From assembly GCA_964510025.1 (NCBI GenBank), contig CAZDZV010000006.1, positions 11,143-75,142 of the forward strand: a stretch of 64,000 nucleotides of DNA, read 5' to 3'. Numbering within the stretch: the first letter of the stretch is position 1; each line of letters begins with the position of its first letter. This document shows positions 62,902-64,000 of the stretch, piece by piece. The notes under the pieces were generated by a model. The model did no database searches. It saw only the letters and a list, made by a program, of their open reading frames with translations, and was not told where the DNA came from. The translations under genes and the position numbers were made by a program. This stretch comes from an uncultured Methanosarcinales archaeon. GTDB lineage: Archaea; Nanobdellota; Nanobdellia; Woesearchaeales; DATDXC01.

Positions 62902-64000
62902 TTATGATAATTTGATGCCGCTAAAATCTCTTGGGCTATCAGATTTATCTTTCCTGGAAAAATTATCGAAGAGGCTGATCTTTATAGGCGTGGCGAACCT
63001 AGCGAAGTTGCTTGAAAGGATAGCTTCGCCCACATCTAGCGAAGCGATGTTCCTGTCGTCCTCGCTAAGATCCTGGGCTGCTGAATCTATGATGGCCTGT
63101 CTTTCAGGCTTCATCTCTATGCCCAAGATTATCTTAGTATTTATATTTGCCAGTATCTGCCTCGGTATCAGAGAGGGCAGCTGCGTTATGGCTGTCAGAC
63201 CAACTTTAAATTTCCTTCCTTCCCTAGCGATCGTGGAAAATATATTTGGACCTTTTTCCAGGACTTCCTTGCCTAGCACTCTGGGTGCTTCTTCTAATAT
63301 TATTGAAATAACAGGCTTGTCCCGTAAAGTCCCTTCTGTTTTGTAATGCTTGTATTTGTTAAAGACCTCTGTGCTAATGAGGCTGCCGATCAGGATCTCT
63401 ATTTCACCAGCATATCCTGAAGTGTCTATTATTACTGTTTTGCTTGCTTCAAGCTCTTGGCCTATATCCCTTAATGTCGAAATCCCGCTCTTAAGCTGGA
63501 AGATACCGTTAAAAAATAGCTGGTTATCTGCAAAATCAATATCCAACAGCCTGAGCATCCTTCTTCTTAGGACAGCAAGTGTAGCTTCATTGAACCCATC
63601 CACTGGTTTCTCCAGGATTATGGCTTCGATCCATTTTTTTTGGTATTTGTGATAAAAGGCAGCCAGGCCTTCCCTTTGGGCCTGCGACCAGTCAACGACC
63701 CCGTTGAAATGTGCAGGTCTGATGAGCTCCAGGTTTATCCTAAGGGTTTTGCCCCCGGGAGGGGCATCTTTTGGCCGGTAATATACGATATTATTCTTAG
63801 TAGGGTGGTTCTTTATCCTACCATAGTACTCATCATGAGGATCAAGGACAAGTATGCCGCAGTAATCCTTGTCGATGCTGTCCCAGAGCATGCATGACAT
63901 AAGGTTAGATTTTCCTTTTCCTGTTGTTGCAGGAATAAGGATATGATGTGAGAAAGCCTTTACACCATCCAGGTATATGCCTACATCCAACACCTTGCTG
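62902..64000 (-). CDS. herA: HerA-type (COG0433) ATPase/helicase, N-terminus outside the window
   Basis: Walker [11 protein letters not shown] lies only about 25 aa after the listed GTG start, and the frame stays open to position 64000. [34 protein letters not shown]. Confidence 0.65.
   Translation of the reverse strand, partial: SKVLDVGIYLDGVKAFSHHILIPATTGKGKSNLMSCMLWDSIDKDYCGILVLDPHDEYYGRIKNHPTKNNIVYYRPKDAPPGGKTLRINLELIRPAHFNGVVDWSQAQREGLAAFYHKYQKKWIEAIILEKPVDGFNEATLAVLRRRMLRLLDIDFADNQLFFNGIFQLKSGISTLRDIGQELEASKTVIIDTSGYAGEIEILIGSLISTEVFNKYKHYKTEGTLRDKPVISIILEEAPRVLGKEVLEKGPNIFSTIAREGRKFKVGLTAITQLPSLIPRQILANINTKIILGIEMKPERQAIIDSAAQDLSEDDRNIASLDVGEAILSSNFARFATPIKISLFDNFSRKDKSDSPRDFSGIKLS

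Overview
Low-GC archaeal chromosome segment. The informational genes are archaeal in type: aIF5B, aEF-1beta with its small Zn-finger neighbour, TFS, Trm1, RtcA, Nip7/PUA proteins, archaeal riboflavin synthase, RbkR, DUF460 and an archaeal signal peptidase. A small-genome DPANN-like organism is my inference only. The ORF track uses ATG, GTG and TTG starts and takes the longest frame, so I re-set several starts and say so in the evidence. Layout: (i) 0.2-9.7 kb holds envelope and surface proteins, plus a 250-bp almost pure A/T array of about 12 phased 20-21-bp units upstream of a tandem-HTH gene. (ii) 9.7-16.9 kb is housekeeping. (iii) 17.07-46.23 kb is one co-directional block of 31 tightly overlapping genes. 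A ParB/KorB-like protein with upstream repeats comes first, then a COG0613 PHP phosphoesterase, then a glycan assembly line. That line has about 14 clear GT2/GT4 enzymes, a GT25-like enzyme, 5 further DxD/GT-like ORFs, 3 sulfotransferases, an acetyltransferase, an SGNH esterase, a Wzy/O-antigen-ligase-like protein, an MsbA-type ABC exporter, DUF4330 and a bacterial-type monotopic phosphoglycosyl transferase. (iv) 46.2-51.8 kb holds a riboflavin operon (rbkR, riboflavin synthase, unknown 174-aa ORF, ribH), DUF460, signal peptidase and TFS. (v) 52.0-59.4 kb is a very AT-rich island. It carries a DpnII-type GATC restriction-modification cassette with an OLD-family ATPase/TOPRIM nuclease translationally coupled inside it, two catalytic-domain-only tyrosine recombinases and an unknown membrane/coiled-coil/nuclease-like protein. 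(vi) 59.5-64.0 kb holds DUF167, a large GT-C-like membrane protein, an Mre11-like nuclease and a partial HerA. No rRNA, tRNA or CRISPR array was recognised. The best candidates for something undescribed are the sulfating glycan super-operon with its ParB-like head and putative pAp-phosphatase, the OLD-containing DpnII operon, and the iteron-like array at 6.04-6.29 kb. All family calls come from motif recognition by eye. No database search was run.
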